From Eledone cirrhosa (lineage: Eukaryota): a DNA stretch of 64,000 nt. Below are positions 12,110 to 27,812 of the stretch, piece by piece (positions within the stretch are counted from its first letter, which is position 1; the number at the start of each line of letters is the position of its first letter). The stretch lies in NCBI GenBank assembly GCA_964016885.1, contig OZ024740.1, positions 114,700,001 to 114,764,000 of the forward strand. Direction: 5' to 3'. Below the pieces are notes generated by a model. The model saw only the letters and a program-made list of their open reading frames with translations. It did no database searches and was not told the origin of the DNA. The position numbers and the translations under genes were made by a program.

Positions 12110-12871
12110 GTTTATTGAAGAATACAAAAAAAAACATACATATGAATAAGTAACGTTTTATAACCAGGTTGAGGTTGACCAAATAGTAAGAAGAGGAAGG
12201 GGCAGTATAGATCCTTAAGTTGGTAGTAGTAGATGAATAAATAAGCCGTCAGGGGATGAGGTATCAAATGACTTTTAAGAAAAGATATGAAAGTTGCTAG
12301 TGTAAATGAATTCAGACATATTTTATATAAAAGTGTTTATGGTCAAAGAAGATTACGGTTGGAGGAAAAGGGGTACTGAGATTAGTGTGTTACATCAAGT
12401 AGAATGGTATAGAACAATCTTAAAATGTTTATTATTTCTTTGTTGAGAGGAATAATTTGTTCTAAAAATATATAATAAGTATAGGAATATAAATGGAACC
12501 AAATGTAAGTGAAATTTAGATAAAATATAATATAGATAAAATATTATATACTGTAGGTAAGAAAATACTAAAGTTTGTGTAAGTATTGTATTGTGGTAGA
12601 GTGGTTAGAATGAAGTTTTCCCTGTGGGGAATTATATTTTCGAATAAGAATCTACATTAATAATTTGTTTTTTGTTTTTTTTAAAAGGAGGTTTAAATGG
12701 ATATCAATTAAAAATATTTGTTATATTATTGAAAATAATGTAACATATAGTGCTAAATTATAGTTAATTACTTAAAATAGTTATAGGGATGAGATGTAGG
12801 ATGTAATCCATGAATTAATTCTAATAGCAGAAAAAAAGAAAGAAAAAAAAAATTTATAGATATACATACGC

Positions 12872-12923
<52 letters not shown>

Positions 12924-13129
12924 ATACACATATGTATACACGCACACACACATACACATACTATATACACACAGACATATATATGTACACACACACATGT
13001 ATATATATAGGCATACACTTATGCATACACATACATATACACACACACATATACATATTCACACACACACACACATATACTCACACATTTTTCTCCTATA
13101 TCATTTTCTATATTTGTTTAGTTGTATTT

Positions 13130-15200
13130 ATAATATTAGAATGTCCTTCTAATTTTATGGTTACATACTATAATTAATTAATGTCTTTTATTTAATAGAG
13201 TGTCCTTCGATTTAGTAATTTCAAAAATTTCTTGGGAACACAGTCCACACTCCCTTCTATTGCCCTGATAAGAAATGGCTCCCTGAAGAATCTTCCAAGT
13301 TAGGTTATATTTAATATTCCTCTTTTTACAATTAGTAACTGCTTCTGCTAAAGAAGTGGTATTAGCCAATTTTGTGTTTCGGAAACTGTGGGTGTGTGCA
13401 TAAAATCTCGATTTAAACGGATTAGTAATGGATCCAATATAGGATTGATTAGAGTCCTTAGTGGTGATTACACATTTATATACTATATTATTAATTAAGC
13501 AATTTTCATTTAAGGGGCAATCATCTTTTATTCTACAATTACAACCGTTTGCATATAGGGTTTCAGATGTGCTATCCATATTCCCAATAATAGTGCTAGT
13601 ATTTGTGTTTATCTTTTTATTTGGGAGAGAAGGGTTTACGGTTGGGTGGTCGCGGCCCGAAGGGTTGTTAGTTGGTGAAATTATACTGGATATAGCGTTT
13701 ATAGAATCATGGTTTGTTTTGGAAGCTATTGGTTAGATTGGGTATGTAATTCTTAGTCCCTATTAAGGATGAGGACGATGGTAGTTGGTTGTAGGCTGCT
13801 ATATTGTGCTGGTGAGGTGAGTGAGCGGATGTAGAAGGTGGGTATGTAGTAATATTCTGGTTATGCGTTGTAGTATTTCCATAGTTATCTTGTGTGTAGT
13901 GTGCTATTGTGTGTGGTATACATGGAGTTTTTTTTACATTTATAGATGTTATATGGACTTATTTTTTGTTGCATGTTGCTCGATGTGGAGTAAGACAATT
14001 TAACTATATTTCTGTTTAAGATTTGATGGTATTTGTGGTTAGGTGGGAAATGCTTATCGAGAATTGTAAAAAATCTTTTAGGGAGTTGGCCCATAGTTTG
14101 CAAATTGAATGGAACGTTATACCATGTTACATTTCTTTTATGGTTTCTAAAAGGTTTCCCCTTATTATATTGGGTATGTATAGAAGTTTGAGGGTAGATA
14201 TTGTTATCAGATGAAATTATAATATTGTGATTGTTATTATGGGTGTGAACTAATTGTTTCGTAGATTTTTGAATTGTATTAGTTTTTGATTTATTGCTTT
14301 TTGTTTGATTTATTGCTTTTTGTTTGATTTATAGAGGATATTGTGTGTTTTATTAATGGAGCATTATTGATAGGACCTGGAATTTTGGTATTATTCTTGT
14401 TATCTACAGTAGTTCGCATATGTTTCTCTGGTTTTTTGGATTGTAAGGATGTAGTTTGGTTAGGTTGAAGGTTCCAATGAAATAGGTTTATTGTGAGAAT
14501 TAAGATATAAGATGTTATTATTTTTAAGAGTAGTGGAGTTATGTGTTTTAGATTGGTTTGTAGTAATATTATTAGGTAAGTAATAGAAATATTCGGAATC
14601 GTTAAGATTGAGGATTTTTAGAGAATTTGTGTCATTCGTGTTAATGTGGATATTGGGAGTAATGGTAGGATCTAACTTTTTCGGTGTTTCATTGCTGGCA
14701 CCTTTTGATGTTTTCTACGGTGTGTGTTGCTTATGATTGGCTGTATGCTAGGGGTATTAATGGTATTAGGTATGTAAACTATTTTATCCTTGCAGCCACT
14801 TCTAGTTAAAGCCTCATTATAATAAGGTACATTTTTATAGAATATTTCTTCATTAGATGACAATTTAGATAATCTGAGTGAGATATTGTACACTAGATTT
14901 TTTAGTATGGAACTAGGGTGGTTAGATAGTGAGTGTATATAATGGAGGTTTTGGTTTGGTTTGTGGTAGGGTTGGTAAGTGCTTGTTGATAGGTCTAAAG
15001 TGAGATCGAGGAAATTGACTATTTTAGTGGAATTTTCAAAAGTAACGGTAAGATTATAATAATTCTTGAGGAATTTCCTAATATGCTTTTTATTTCTCTG
15101 AATTGCTGAGAGACTAAAATTGTTAGATAGAAGAAGACAGTCATCGCGATATTGTCCACCTTTGAGGTGGGGGAAAGAGGAATTTAAATGATATAGGAGA
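13130..15200 (-). pseudogene. PLE reverse transcriptase (YRDD) / GIY-YIG endonuclease, disrupted
   Basis: GGQYRDDCLLL, VNFLDLTLDL..YQPYHKPN, SNHPSSI, VTWYNVPF, HFPPNHKYHQILNR, CNCR..CPL..CL..IVY..SYIG..FKSRF..H..CGLCSQE..LLNKR. Stops and frameshifts lie between fragments. Confidence 0.92.
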
Positions 15201-15511
15201 AACAAAGAAATAATAAACATTTTAAGATTGTTCTATACCATTCTACTTGATGTAACACACTAATCTCAGTACCCCTTTCCTCCAACCGTAATCTTCTTTG
15301 ACTATCAGCACTTTTATATACAATATGTCTAAATTCATTTACACTAGCAACTTTCATTTCTTTTCTTAAAAGTCATTTGATACCTCATCATCTACTACTA
15401 CCAACTTAAGGATCTATACTGCCCCTTCCTCTTCTTTCTATTGGTCAACCTCAACCTGGTTATAAAACGTTACTTATTCATATGTATGTTTTTTTGTATC
15501 CTTCAATAAAC

Positions 15512-15648
15512 AAAACTAATTATTTCTGAAGACGTAAGCATATATTCTTACTATGATATTTTGTAATATATTTTACATATATCAATAATAGAATGGACAT
15601 ACGGGGAACTACCCCCTCCCCAGAAACGATCGTAAAATATTGAGTTTT
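15512..15648 (+). ncRNA. Long-stem-II hammerhead in the inverted pseudo-LTR; 5' arm of stem II altered
   Basis: CTGAAGA at 15526-15532, GAAACGATCGTA at 15623-15634, stem I aaaactaattattt/aaatattgagtttt. Confidence 0.7.
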
Positions 15649-15831
15649 ACTATGAATTAACCGTTTTTCGTTTAATTTCATTGTTTTAATATTTCTATTT
15701 TTGACTCTGTATCCAATGAATTATATCGTTGAAAATTTAGTATTTTAAACTTTGCTTCACGACATCTTCTACATACGGATAACATTGAGTTCTTCATACG
15801 GTTTAGACCCTACCATTGATTGGTAGATTTA

Positions 15832-15887
<56 letters not shown>

Positions 15888-16477
15888 TGTGTGTGTGTGT
15901 GTGTAAGTAAGTGTGACTGAGCACGTGCGCAAGCGTATATCAACACCCATGTATGTAGTGTATACAAGTTGCACTTCCATGCACCTGAACGTTAAAATAC
16001 CTAATATTCTCCTCTCTCAGTAATGCCTTCCTCTTTCATATATCTCCAACTTCACATGGTTTCTCCTTTTTTTACATTGAATCATAACATCTCTAAGTAC
16101 CGTATTCTCCCTTCCCATTTCACTATCTCTCTCCCTCCACCCTTTCTCTCTCACACTTAACCCTTCCTCCTCTCCCCTTCACTCTTTTCATAACACACTT
16201 TATATTGCTTTCGTTTTTTTTGTTTTGTTTTGTTTTGTTTTGTTTTGTTTTGATTTTTCTTTATTGTATTTCACTTTTTACATAGTAACCATATATAATT
16301 ATGAAAAAACTCATTTACCGTCTTATAAACTCACATAATTTAACTGATTCATATAAGCTGCTACATTGTGTGGTGACTCTCCCTCTCTATCATCTTATTA
16401 CGTGGATACGTTCGTTGGCACCAGCGCACTCATACTCATTAAACATATACAAACACACAGATATATATGATTGTGTG

Positions 16478-16590
<113 letters not shown>

Positions 16591-16708
16591 ATAATATATA
16601 TGTATTCAGTTTGATTACCTGTACAGCCAATATTTATTACAATACTGTTGCCGTGTGTATATATTTCTGCGGGACATCCTGCATATATATATATATATAT
16701 AAATATAT

Positions 16709-16778
<70 letters not shown>

Positions 16779-17288
16779 GTGTGTGTAAATATATGTGTCT
16801 GCCTGCGCATGCGTAGGTTATATACACTTACTGAGAAACACACATGAATATGCACACACACACACACAAAAATAAAGTAACACTCATTCAAATGCACGGA
16901 CAAATACACACTTGTCTTCTTTTTTTATCCTTTTACAATTTACATACGAACACATACACATGTAAAGGCAGATATATGAATATCTATTGTTAACACAGAA
17001 ATGAAATACACAGGCGCATATACGCATGAACACTCGAACTAGCACGCACGAAGAAGCCCTGCTGTCAAAGTATATCTGGTGTTATTCAGTTGATGGACGT
17101 CTTAAAATCGAGGTTGTGTGAGATGGCAGGTGGGATACAATGCAAATTGTGTGTAGAAGACCATGAAAAATAAATTTTCGTCATAGATATTAATGTACAT
17201 GCGCGTATGTATGTTCATGTTTATATACATATGCTTATGTAATTAAACCGGCAGAAGTTATGGTGTACCTTACCTCCATACACACACT

Positions 17289-17336
<48 letters not shown>

Positions 17337-17698
17337 ACACACACGCGTACACTGTGATATATAAATGTGTGGGTGTTCATGTTATGTATATATATGTGTG
17401 TGTGTGTATGTGTGTGTACATACATATATTCACGCTTGTATATATATATATACATAGGTCGTGGATATGTCCGGTTTGTGTGTAAATTACTTTCATATCA
17501 TTAATTCATTACTTCATTCAGGCGAAACCTTAATTAATTAGGAACATCCAAGCGAAACAAAATGTTAGTATATTTTGCAATCTCAAAGAAAATATAATTA
17601 TTACACAAAATTTATCTTCTTTCTGATGTGTATCTCTCGTATATACATGTAAGTGTCGAGAGAGTGTATGCCTGCGTGTGTACGTACGATATACAGTA

Positions 17699-17746
<48 letters not shown>

Positions 17747-17768
17747 TATGTATTTATATATGTATATA

Positions 17769-17842
<74 letters not shown>

Positions 17843-18029
17843 TATGTTCCTATATTATATATATGTGTGTGTATTCGCATATACATATATGTACGTGTAT
17901 TTCTCTGTTCACATGTTTAAACATATGAATTATTAATTGTACTTCTTAAGCATATGTGCTACATTCACTAACATACACTCAACCACATACATATAAAAAT
18001 ATACATATATAAATTTTTGTGTGTGTATG

Positions 18030-18064
<35 letters not shown>

Positions 18065-18167
18065 TTATTGATATAGACAGATATGCATATATATATATAT
18101 GAATACACTACGAATGCGTGCTATATATGCACGCATAAATACCTACGTAACTATGTACATAACTATA

Positions 18168-18776
18168 TGGTGGCTGCCAACTCGTTTTCGAGTACGGCCA
18201 CTACTTTATATCCATGTAGGAGAACCCCTACTGATGCGCTGAACGACTGTGACTTTTTAGTCCAGCCAGCGACTTGAAAACTCTGGTACAAACACTACAC
18301 TTGTGACAATTATTGACACATAGTGCTGGGCCCATGGTACCATGTGACGATAAGTGCAGAGAGATCTCCAGATATAAAGCAATGCCTGTGCTGTGAAGCT
18401 TTTATAGTGAGCAAAGGCACTGCACAAAGCCAGTCCCACTCTCTTAACCAAGATGATATTTACCAAAAAGAAGAACAAGTCAACATCATTGGATACCATC
18501 AGGGTTGCAGGTGTTATATCAGAGTTTTCCTTCTCTTAGAATTCTGCCTTGACAAAGGCTAAGGGGTCATCTCTCCCAGTGATTTTGGATGGCCATTGAC
18601 TCTTAAGAGCTCCTTTGCCCTTCGACAGGTTTTGTTTTTAGTCCTGCAGGATGTCCAAAGTCACCCTCCTCACCAAGAAACCTTGGTGGGGTTGCCAGTT
18701 TAGTCGCCAACGACCCGACCATGAGACAGGTTGTACTGGGATACATGTTACCAGTAGCACCAAGTGGTGACCTGAC
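18168..18776 (-). mobile_element. Non-autonomous RTE-LINE-derived element
   Basis: The minus strand carries 'ctaagagaaggaaaactctgat', typical of RTE 5' UTRs. The 3' ~257 bp recurs at 31596-31853 with a (GTAT)n-type tail. Confidence 0.6.
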
Positions 18777-20416
18777 ATAACTATATACATACATGCATAC
18801 TTACATACATACACACATACATACATGCATACATACTACATACGTACATACATATATACATGCATATATATATATATATATATATATATACATTGCATAT
18901 ATTTTAAAATACATACATACAAAAATATATGCATATATACATTCTTACACATATGCATACAAACATACTTACATACATATAGATTTACATACACACATAC
19001 AAACATACACACATACATACAAAACATACATACATACATAATTTGGTACACAAACAGTCTACAGGTAGGTATTGAGCCAGAGAGAAACAGTTAAGATGGA
19101 ACAGAAAACAAAACAAGGAAAACCATGACTTATATCCTGTGTTCAAACTACTTCATTTTAGCTCTGTTTAAAGTTTACTTGTTTTCTTACCAATGTTAAT
19201 ATTTCTTTCATTATAATTATTATTATCTTCTTTATCCGTCCTTAAGCCTGTTGCTGTTCTGCTTGTTATTGTATTGATATACCACATGCCTTAAAGCCTG
19301 ATTATACGAATATATTGGCGCAAAGGCTAATGACCATGCATAAATTCATGTTAAAAAGTATGTTTATCTTGTTCAGATACACAACTAGCAAAAATACAAA
19401 TAAAAAAATTACCTATAAAATAATATAAAAATATATTGCAAGGTAATGTTATAGAAGCAAAACAAAATATAATTTAAAAAATAACATACAACCAGGAAAC
19501 ATTCAAATACAAAATAAATATGAGCCGGAAACACCAGCAGAAAGTCACATGACCAATAGGAAAGCTGAACATGCCAATAACACCAAAAATACAGAAAACG
19601 AGAAAAAGAGAACTGCAAGTAAAAACAAACCAATTTTCATGTTAGTAATAATATTTGTGAAATGGAAGTTGTGTATTTTGTTATTTATTTTATTTGTTAT
19701 ATATTTCTGGTGTTGATGTTATTGGGACCACAACAACAACAGCAACAACAACAACATTAACAAAAACTAATACTACTATTACTATGGCTATTACTATTGG
19801 TTGTGTTGTTGGTGGTGATGGTGCCGATGGTGTCAGTGGTGATGGTGTTAGCGCTGATGGTGTACATGGCGGCGGTGATGGTGCTGGTACTGCTGCGGCA
19901 GGTGCTGGTGGTGGTGTTAGTTATGATGGTGCTGAGGTGGTGGCGTTTCCGTATAATATCGGAATGTATTACTTTATATTTTGCATCGTGATGTGAACCT
20001 ACGAAATAACAATCATCCGTGCAATGCAACACAGAATACAGCCAATTAAATATATGTTTCTGCATCTACATACACATATTTATATATATGTGTGTATATG
20101 TGTGTGTGTGTGTGTGTGCGTGTGTGTGTTTGTGTGATGTATGTGTATGAGTGTGTGTGTGCGAGTGTGTGTGTGTGACTGTGTGCGTATGTATGTATAT
20201 ATATATATATATATATACATACATATAAATATATATATATATATTTATATATATATACATATATATAAATATATATATATACACATATATATATATATAT
20301 ATACATATATATAAATATACATATATATATATATATAAACATATATATATATATAAACATATATATATACATATATATACATATACACACATATATATAT
20401 ATATATACATATATAT

Positions 20417-20651
<235 letters not shown>

Positions 20652-21673
20652 AGTCTGTGTGTTTGTATAAAATTGTGGAATATATCTGTTGTGTATATGT
20701 TTATGTCAAGAAGCAACACTATCTGTTCTTTACTTTTGCTATGTTATTATTCATCATTTCAGCATGTATGTTTCAGTTCAATTCTTATTTGAATTGCTTG
20801 TTATTCACCTCACACACACACACACACATATATATACATATATACACACACACTCAAACACACACACGCACATGCCCCCCCCCCCACCACATATATATAT
20901 AAATATAGGATATATATGTGTTAGAATTGGCATGCATATTCAACAGATCTATGTACAAAATTATACAAAATTATACAAACTATCAAGATTAAATATACAT
21001 ACCAACACATATATACGCCGTCTTCAGAAATAATGAAATATATTTATTGATAATACCAACAATTCAAAATTTCAGGTCCGTTTGGGAACAAAATTGACCA
21101 ATGAAAATACAAAAGGTTTAATGCAGTTCGGTGTGTGTATATACATGTAACTACCCTTACACATATTTTACAAAAATGTATGCACAACTTGTATACGCAT
21201 ACGAAAAGGATGGATGCAAATACAAAATTTCAAGGTTAATGTCTCTGTAAGTTTATAATGCACAGATAAGATGCGTATAGTCACATAAATATGAAATAAG
21301 TGTATATACATATTTTCATACTCACTCATATCCGTACAATCACACATACACACGCGTATATGCATAAACATACACATAAACTACGAACATACAAACACAC
21401 ACACACCCCCACTCACATATATATATATGTGGATATAAAATCCTAAGCACATGGATATTAATTCACTCACATAAACATTGGCACACACATTTAGATCAAG
21501 ATACAGAAATTAGGTGGGAGGGGGGGAGAGGTCAGTATTCAACTGTTTGGGCAGACTGCTTAATATAGATGTATCTATAAACTAAGAAAATAAAAAATAA
21601 TAAATAATAAATAAACATTAAAAAGGAAAGAAAAGAAAAAGAAAAAGAAAAAAGAAAAAAGAAATATATCAAG

Positions 21674-21741
<68 letters not shown>

Positions 21742-21903
21742 CACGTACATACACACATACATATACACATACACACATACAAACACATACATACATATAC
21801 ACACATCCACACTTAGAACATACATACACACACATATATAAACATATACATATACACACATACATACATATACACACATACATATAAATACACATATATA
21901 TAT

Positions 21904-21952
<49 letters not shown>

Positions 21953-22263
21953 CACTCATACATACACATATAATCACACATACTATATAGACACACATAT
22001 ATATACACACGTACACGCACATATACATACACTTACATACATATATACATACAGTTATACACATACATACCTATATATACACACAAATACATACAGACAT
22101 ACATACATACATACAGACAAATACTTAGGCATCTATATATCGGTATATACATACAAACACCACTACACTCTCACACAACTCAGACATACAAAGAAAAAGG
22201 TATATACCTATACACATATACATATACAAATAGAGAAACATATACATATATATATATATATAT

Positions 22264-22304
<41 letters not shown>

Positions 22305-22512
22305 CATACCCATACACATATACATACATACACATACATACACATACATACATGTACACACACATAGATATATATACACATACACACATACACACATACA
22401 TATTTAGTCATACACACACATACACCTACACGAACATACACATACACATATATAAAGATATATATACACACACACACACACATACACACACACACATATA
22501 TATAAAAAATGA

Positions 22513-22569
<57 letters not shown>

Positions 22570-23169
22570 CATATACATACACACATACATAGACATATAT
22601 GTACATACATACACATACATAGATACATACACACACATACATACACATATATATACACACATAGACATATACTTACATACACACACAACATACATACACA
22701 CATATATACTCATACATAGAATTAGATATATAATCATACATACATACGCACTTACATATACTCATATATACAAATACATACGCATCCATATATGCGTATA
22801 TACATAGAAACACCACTACACCCTCACCCAACTCAGACATACAAAGAAAAAGGCATATACATATACATATATACACGCATTAATAGAGATATATATACAC
22901 ATATATATATATATATATATACACACATACACTTATATATATATACTCACACCCACATACAACCAAAAATACACATACAAACACCCACATATACATATAT
23001 ATACACATATATATATATATACACACACATAAAAAACAGACATGCACATATATATTTTTTTACACACATATATACACATATATATACATATACACACCCT
23101 CACATATACACACATACACATAAGTTATATTATAATAAAAAATAATATATATATATAACACATACATAT

Positions 23170-23210
<41 letters not shown>

Positions 23211-23469
23211 CGAATATAGACATATATACGCACATAGATACATATATATATATATATACACATACATATACACACACACATATACACACTCACATATACA
23301 TGTGTGTGCACACACACATATATACACATACACACATATACACATAAACACATATATGTGTATACATGCGCACACACACATATATCCACATAGATACGAA
23401 GATAGACATATAAACAGAGAGACATACCTATATATACACACACACACATATACATACATACATACACAC

Positions 23470-23548
<79 letters not shown>

Positions 23549-24342
23549 CAAACATACACATACACATATATATACACACATGCATATATACACATATACA
23601 CATACATACACACACATATATATATACACACACAATCTTACATTCTTATTTGCATGCGCATATATGTATTTTTATATTCAGATATAAATACCCAAACATA
23701 TATACACCTACCTACATATATATTCATACATACACGCCTACAAAGACAGATGGTAATAGTATGGGGGAAAGGGGGGGGGGTGGAGAAGGGGATTGTAGTA
23801 AATATATGTTTCAAGAAACATAGAATATTATCCGTATCAGGATCCAATGTATATTTTTTTACATAGTTTCAGTGTTAGGAAATACAATAAACAAGAAATA
23901 AGGCAAAATTTATGCATTTCAAAATAAATAAGTATACCATTAAATTATATGTTAACTAAACTAAAGATAGTTAACATATTGATTTCTAAGGTGTAAATTA
24001 GTTAGGTTTATAATATTTGAAGCAGAATTTTGAAGTTAAATAGTAGTAGAGTATTAACTATAGTATAACTAAATTAAAGTTAATAACGTTATGGTATCAA
24101 TATTAGGAACTGAATTTAGTAATAGGGAAAAAGCAAATAAAGTATTACATCGGTAGTAGAATATAAATTATAGGTTAACTAAATTAAAAATTATATATTT
24201 ATTTCTATAGTATATGTTAATTAGGTATATAATAAATAAAACAGATATTGTATTTTATCAATAGCAGAATATAATTATATGCAAATAGAAATCAAAATTA
24301 ATACATATACATATACATATACATACACATATATATATACAC

Positions 24343-24385
<43 letters not shown>

Positions 24386-24752
24386 TACACACACACATAC
24401 ACATACACATATACATATACATATTTTTTCAAAAATTGCAAAGAATATATTAACTAGGTATATATCCAAAACACATCCCATTCTATGATTACATGACATT
24501 CTGCAATTCGTCTGTATAAGGATACTAATTTTAAGCCAATTAAATTAAATTTTTAGGTTGATTAAAATTAAAACCAAATTATAAATATATTTCTAAAATG
24601 TATATTAATTAGGTCTATAATACTAAAAATTAATTCTCTGTCATTAGATACACGATATTTTGTTATATTTTATCTGTAAAAGAATTATAATAAAAGGTTT
24701 AAATAAATTAAAATTAATCTATAAATTAAATTACTAAGTATATATTAGTAAT

Positions 24753-25454
24753 AGACGGGTTACTTGGTATAATGCTCCATTTAATTTACAAATTAAGGAT
24801 AATATTGCTAAAAAAATTTTTTATATCCTAGAGAAAAACTTCCCGCCAAACCACAAATACCATCAAATCTTAAATAGGTCTACAGTTAAATTCTCATATT
24901 CTACAACAAATAACATAAAACAAAATATAAGTGCCTATAATGCATATAAATGTAAGAAAACCATAAGTATACCACCAGTACATCAAATTAACCATAATAT
25001 CTCCTCAAATACAGAATTAACGAAAGGTTGTAACTGTAGAAACAAAGCAAACTGCCCATTAAAAGGGAATTGTCTTGTTAACAACATAGTCTATAAATGT
25101 AATGTTAAAACTAAAGATTCTATTTGCTCATATATAGGAGCTACCTCTAACAATTTTAAGACAAGGTTTAATACCCACAAGCATAGTTTTAAAAATGCCG
25201 CACTGGCTAATACAACATCTCTAGCAGAAAAAATCAATATTTATAAAAATAAGAATATAGAATATGATTTGACCTGGAGTGTGTTCAAAAGAGCCACCCC
25301 TTATCAAAATAATAGAAATGAATGTAGATTATGTTCCCAAGAACTATTTGAAATAATGAAATCTAAGGATATCCTATTAAATAAACGACAGGAATTAATT
25401 ATATCGTGTAATCATAAACTAAAAAAAACATTTAAATATTATAAACCTAATTAA
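24753..25454 (+). pseudogene. 5'-truncated but uninterrupted PLE ORF C-terminus (Cys-rich linker plus GIY-YIG endonuclease), 233 codons
   Basis: Manual translation: RRVTWYNAPF..NFPPNHKYHQILNR..GCNCRNKANCPLKGNCLVNNIVYKC..SYIGATSNNFKTRFNTHKHSF..CRLCSQE..LLNKRQELIISCNHK. No ATG at the 5' junction, so the ORF track shows only the last 61 aa. Confidence 0.93.
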
Positions 25455-26788
25455 TAACATTATTTTAGAAATTAATTTAATTTTAATTTAAATGTTAGTT
25501 AACCTATAAATTTAATTTAATTAAAATTCTATTACAGATGAGAATATAAAATATTATGTAATCATAAATTGTGAAAAACCTTTAAATATTACTAATATAT
25601 ACTTAGTAATTTAATTTATAGATTAATTTTAATTTATTTAAACCTTTTATTATAATTCTTTTACAGATAAAATATAACAAAATATCGTGTATCTAATGAC
25701 AGAGAATTAATTTTTAGTATTATAGACCTAATTAATATACATTTTAGAAATATATTTATAATTTGGTTTTAATTTTAATCAACCTAAAAATTTAATTTAA
25801 TTGGCTTAAAATTAGTATCCTTATACAGACGAATTGCAGAATGTCATGTAATCATAGAATGGGATGTGTTTTGGATATATACCTAGTTAATATATTCTTT
25901 GCAATTTTTGAAAAAATATGTATATGTATATGTGTATGTGTATGTGTGTGTGTATGTATATGTGTATATATGTATATATATATGTATATATATGTGTATA
26001 TATATATGTGTATGTATATGTATATGTATATGTATTAATTTTGATTTCTATTTGCATATAATTATATTCTGCTATTGATAAAATACAATATCTGTTTTAT
26101 TTATTATATACCTAATTAACATATACTATAGAAATAAATATATAATTTTTAATTTAGTTAACCTATAATTTATATTCTACTACCGATGTAATACTTTATT
26201 TGCTTTTTCCCTATTACTAAATTCAGTTCCTAATATTGATACCATAACGTTATTAACTTTAATTTAGTTATACTATAGTTAATACTCTACTACTATTTAA
26301 CTTCAAAATTCTGCTTCAAATATTATAAACCTAACTAATTTACACCTTAGAAATCAATATGTTAACTATCTTTAGTTTAGTTAACATATAATTTAATGGT
26401 ATACTTATTTATTTTGAAATGCATAAATTTTGCCTTATTTCTTGTTTATTGTATTTCCTAACACTGAAACTATGTAAAAAAATATACATTGGATCCTGAT
26501 ACGGATAATATTCTATGTTTCTTGAAACATATATTTACTATAATCCCCTTCTCCAACCCCCCCCCCTTTCCCCCATACTATTACCATCTGTCTTTGTAGG
26601 CGTGTATGTATGAATATATATGTAGGTAGGTGTATATATGTTTGGGTATTTATATCTGAATATAAAAATACATATATGCGCATGCAAATAAGAATGTAAG
26701 ATTGTGTGTGTATATATATATGTGTGTGTATGTATGTGTATATGTGTATATATGCATGTGTGTATATATATGTGTATGTGTATGTTTG

Positions 26789-26861
<73 letters not shown>

Positions 26862-27120
26862 GTGTGTATGTATGTATGTATATGTGTGTGTGTGTATATA
26901 TAGGTATGTCTCTCTATTTATATGTCTATCTTCGTATCTATGTGGATATATGTGTGTGTGCGCATGTATACACATATATGTGTTTATGTGTATATGTGTG
27001 TATGTGTATATATGTGTGTGTGCACACACATGTATATGTGAGTGTGTATATGTGTGTGTGTATATGTATGTGTATATATATATATATATGTATCTATGTG
27101 CGTATATATGTCTATATTCG

Positions 27121-27153
<33 letters not shown>

Positions 27154-27761
27154 ATGTATGTATATATGTATGTGTTATATATATATATTATTTTTTATTA
27201 TAATATAACTTATGTGTATGTGTGTATATGTGAGGGTGTGTATATGTATATATATGTGTATATATGTGTGTAAAAAAATATATATGTGCATGTCTGTTTT
27301 TTATGTGTGTGTATATATATATATGTGTATATATATGTATATGTGGGTGTTTGTATGTGTATTTTTGGTAGTATGTGGGTGTGAGTATATATATATAAGT
27401 GTATGTGTGTATATATATATATATATATATGTGTATATATATCTCTATTAATGCGTGTATATATGTATATGTATATGCCTTTTTCTTTGTATGTCTGAGT
27501 TGGGTGAGGGTGTAGTGGTGTTTCTATGTATATACGCATATATGGATGCGTATGTATTTGTATATATGAGTATATGTAAGTGCGTATGTATGTATGATTA
27601 TATATCTAATTCTATGTATGAGTATATATGTGTGTATGTATGTTGTGTGTGTATGTAAGTATATGTCTATGTGTGTATATATATGTGTATGTATGTGTGT
27701 GTATGTATCTATGTATGTGTATGTATGTACATATATGTCTATGTATGTGTGTATGTATATG

Positions 27762-27812
<51 letters not shown>

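Larger units (their letters stand above)
11929..15836 (-). mobile_element. Penelope-like retroelement (PLE1), 5'-truncated, with inverted pseudo-LTR
   Basis: RT and GIY-YIG fragments on the minus strand. 15201-15696 is the reverse complement of 11929-12444. Both ends abut (TA)n/(GA)n. Confidence 0.92.

Noticed and set aside
19694-20065. Gly/Thr-rich ORFs
   Set aside because: Degenerate GGT/ACA trinucleotide repeats; no domain or splice evidence.
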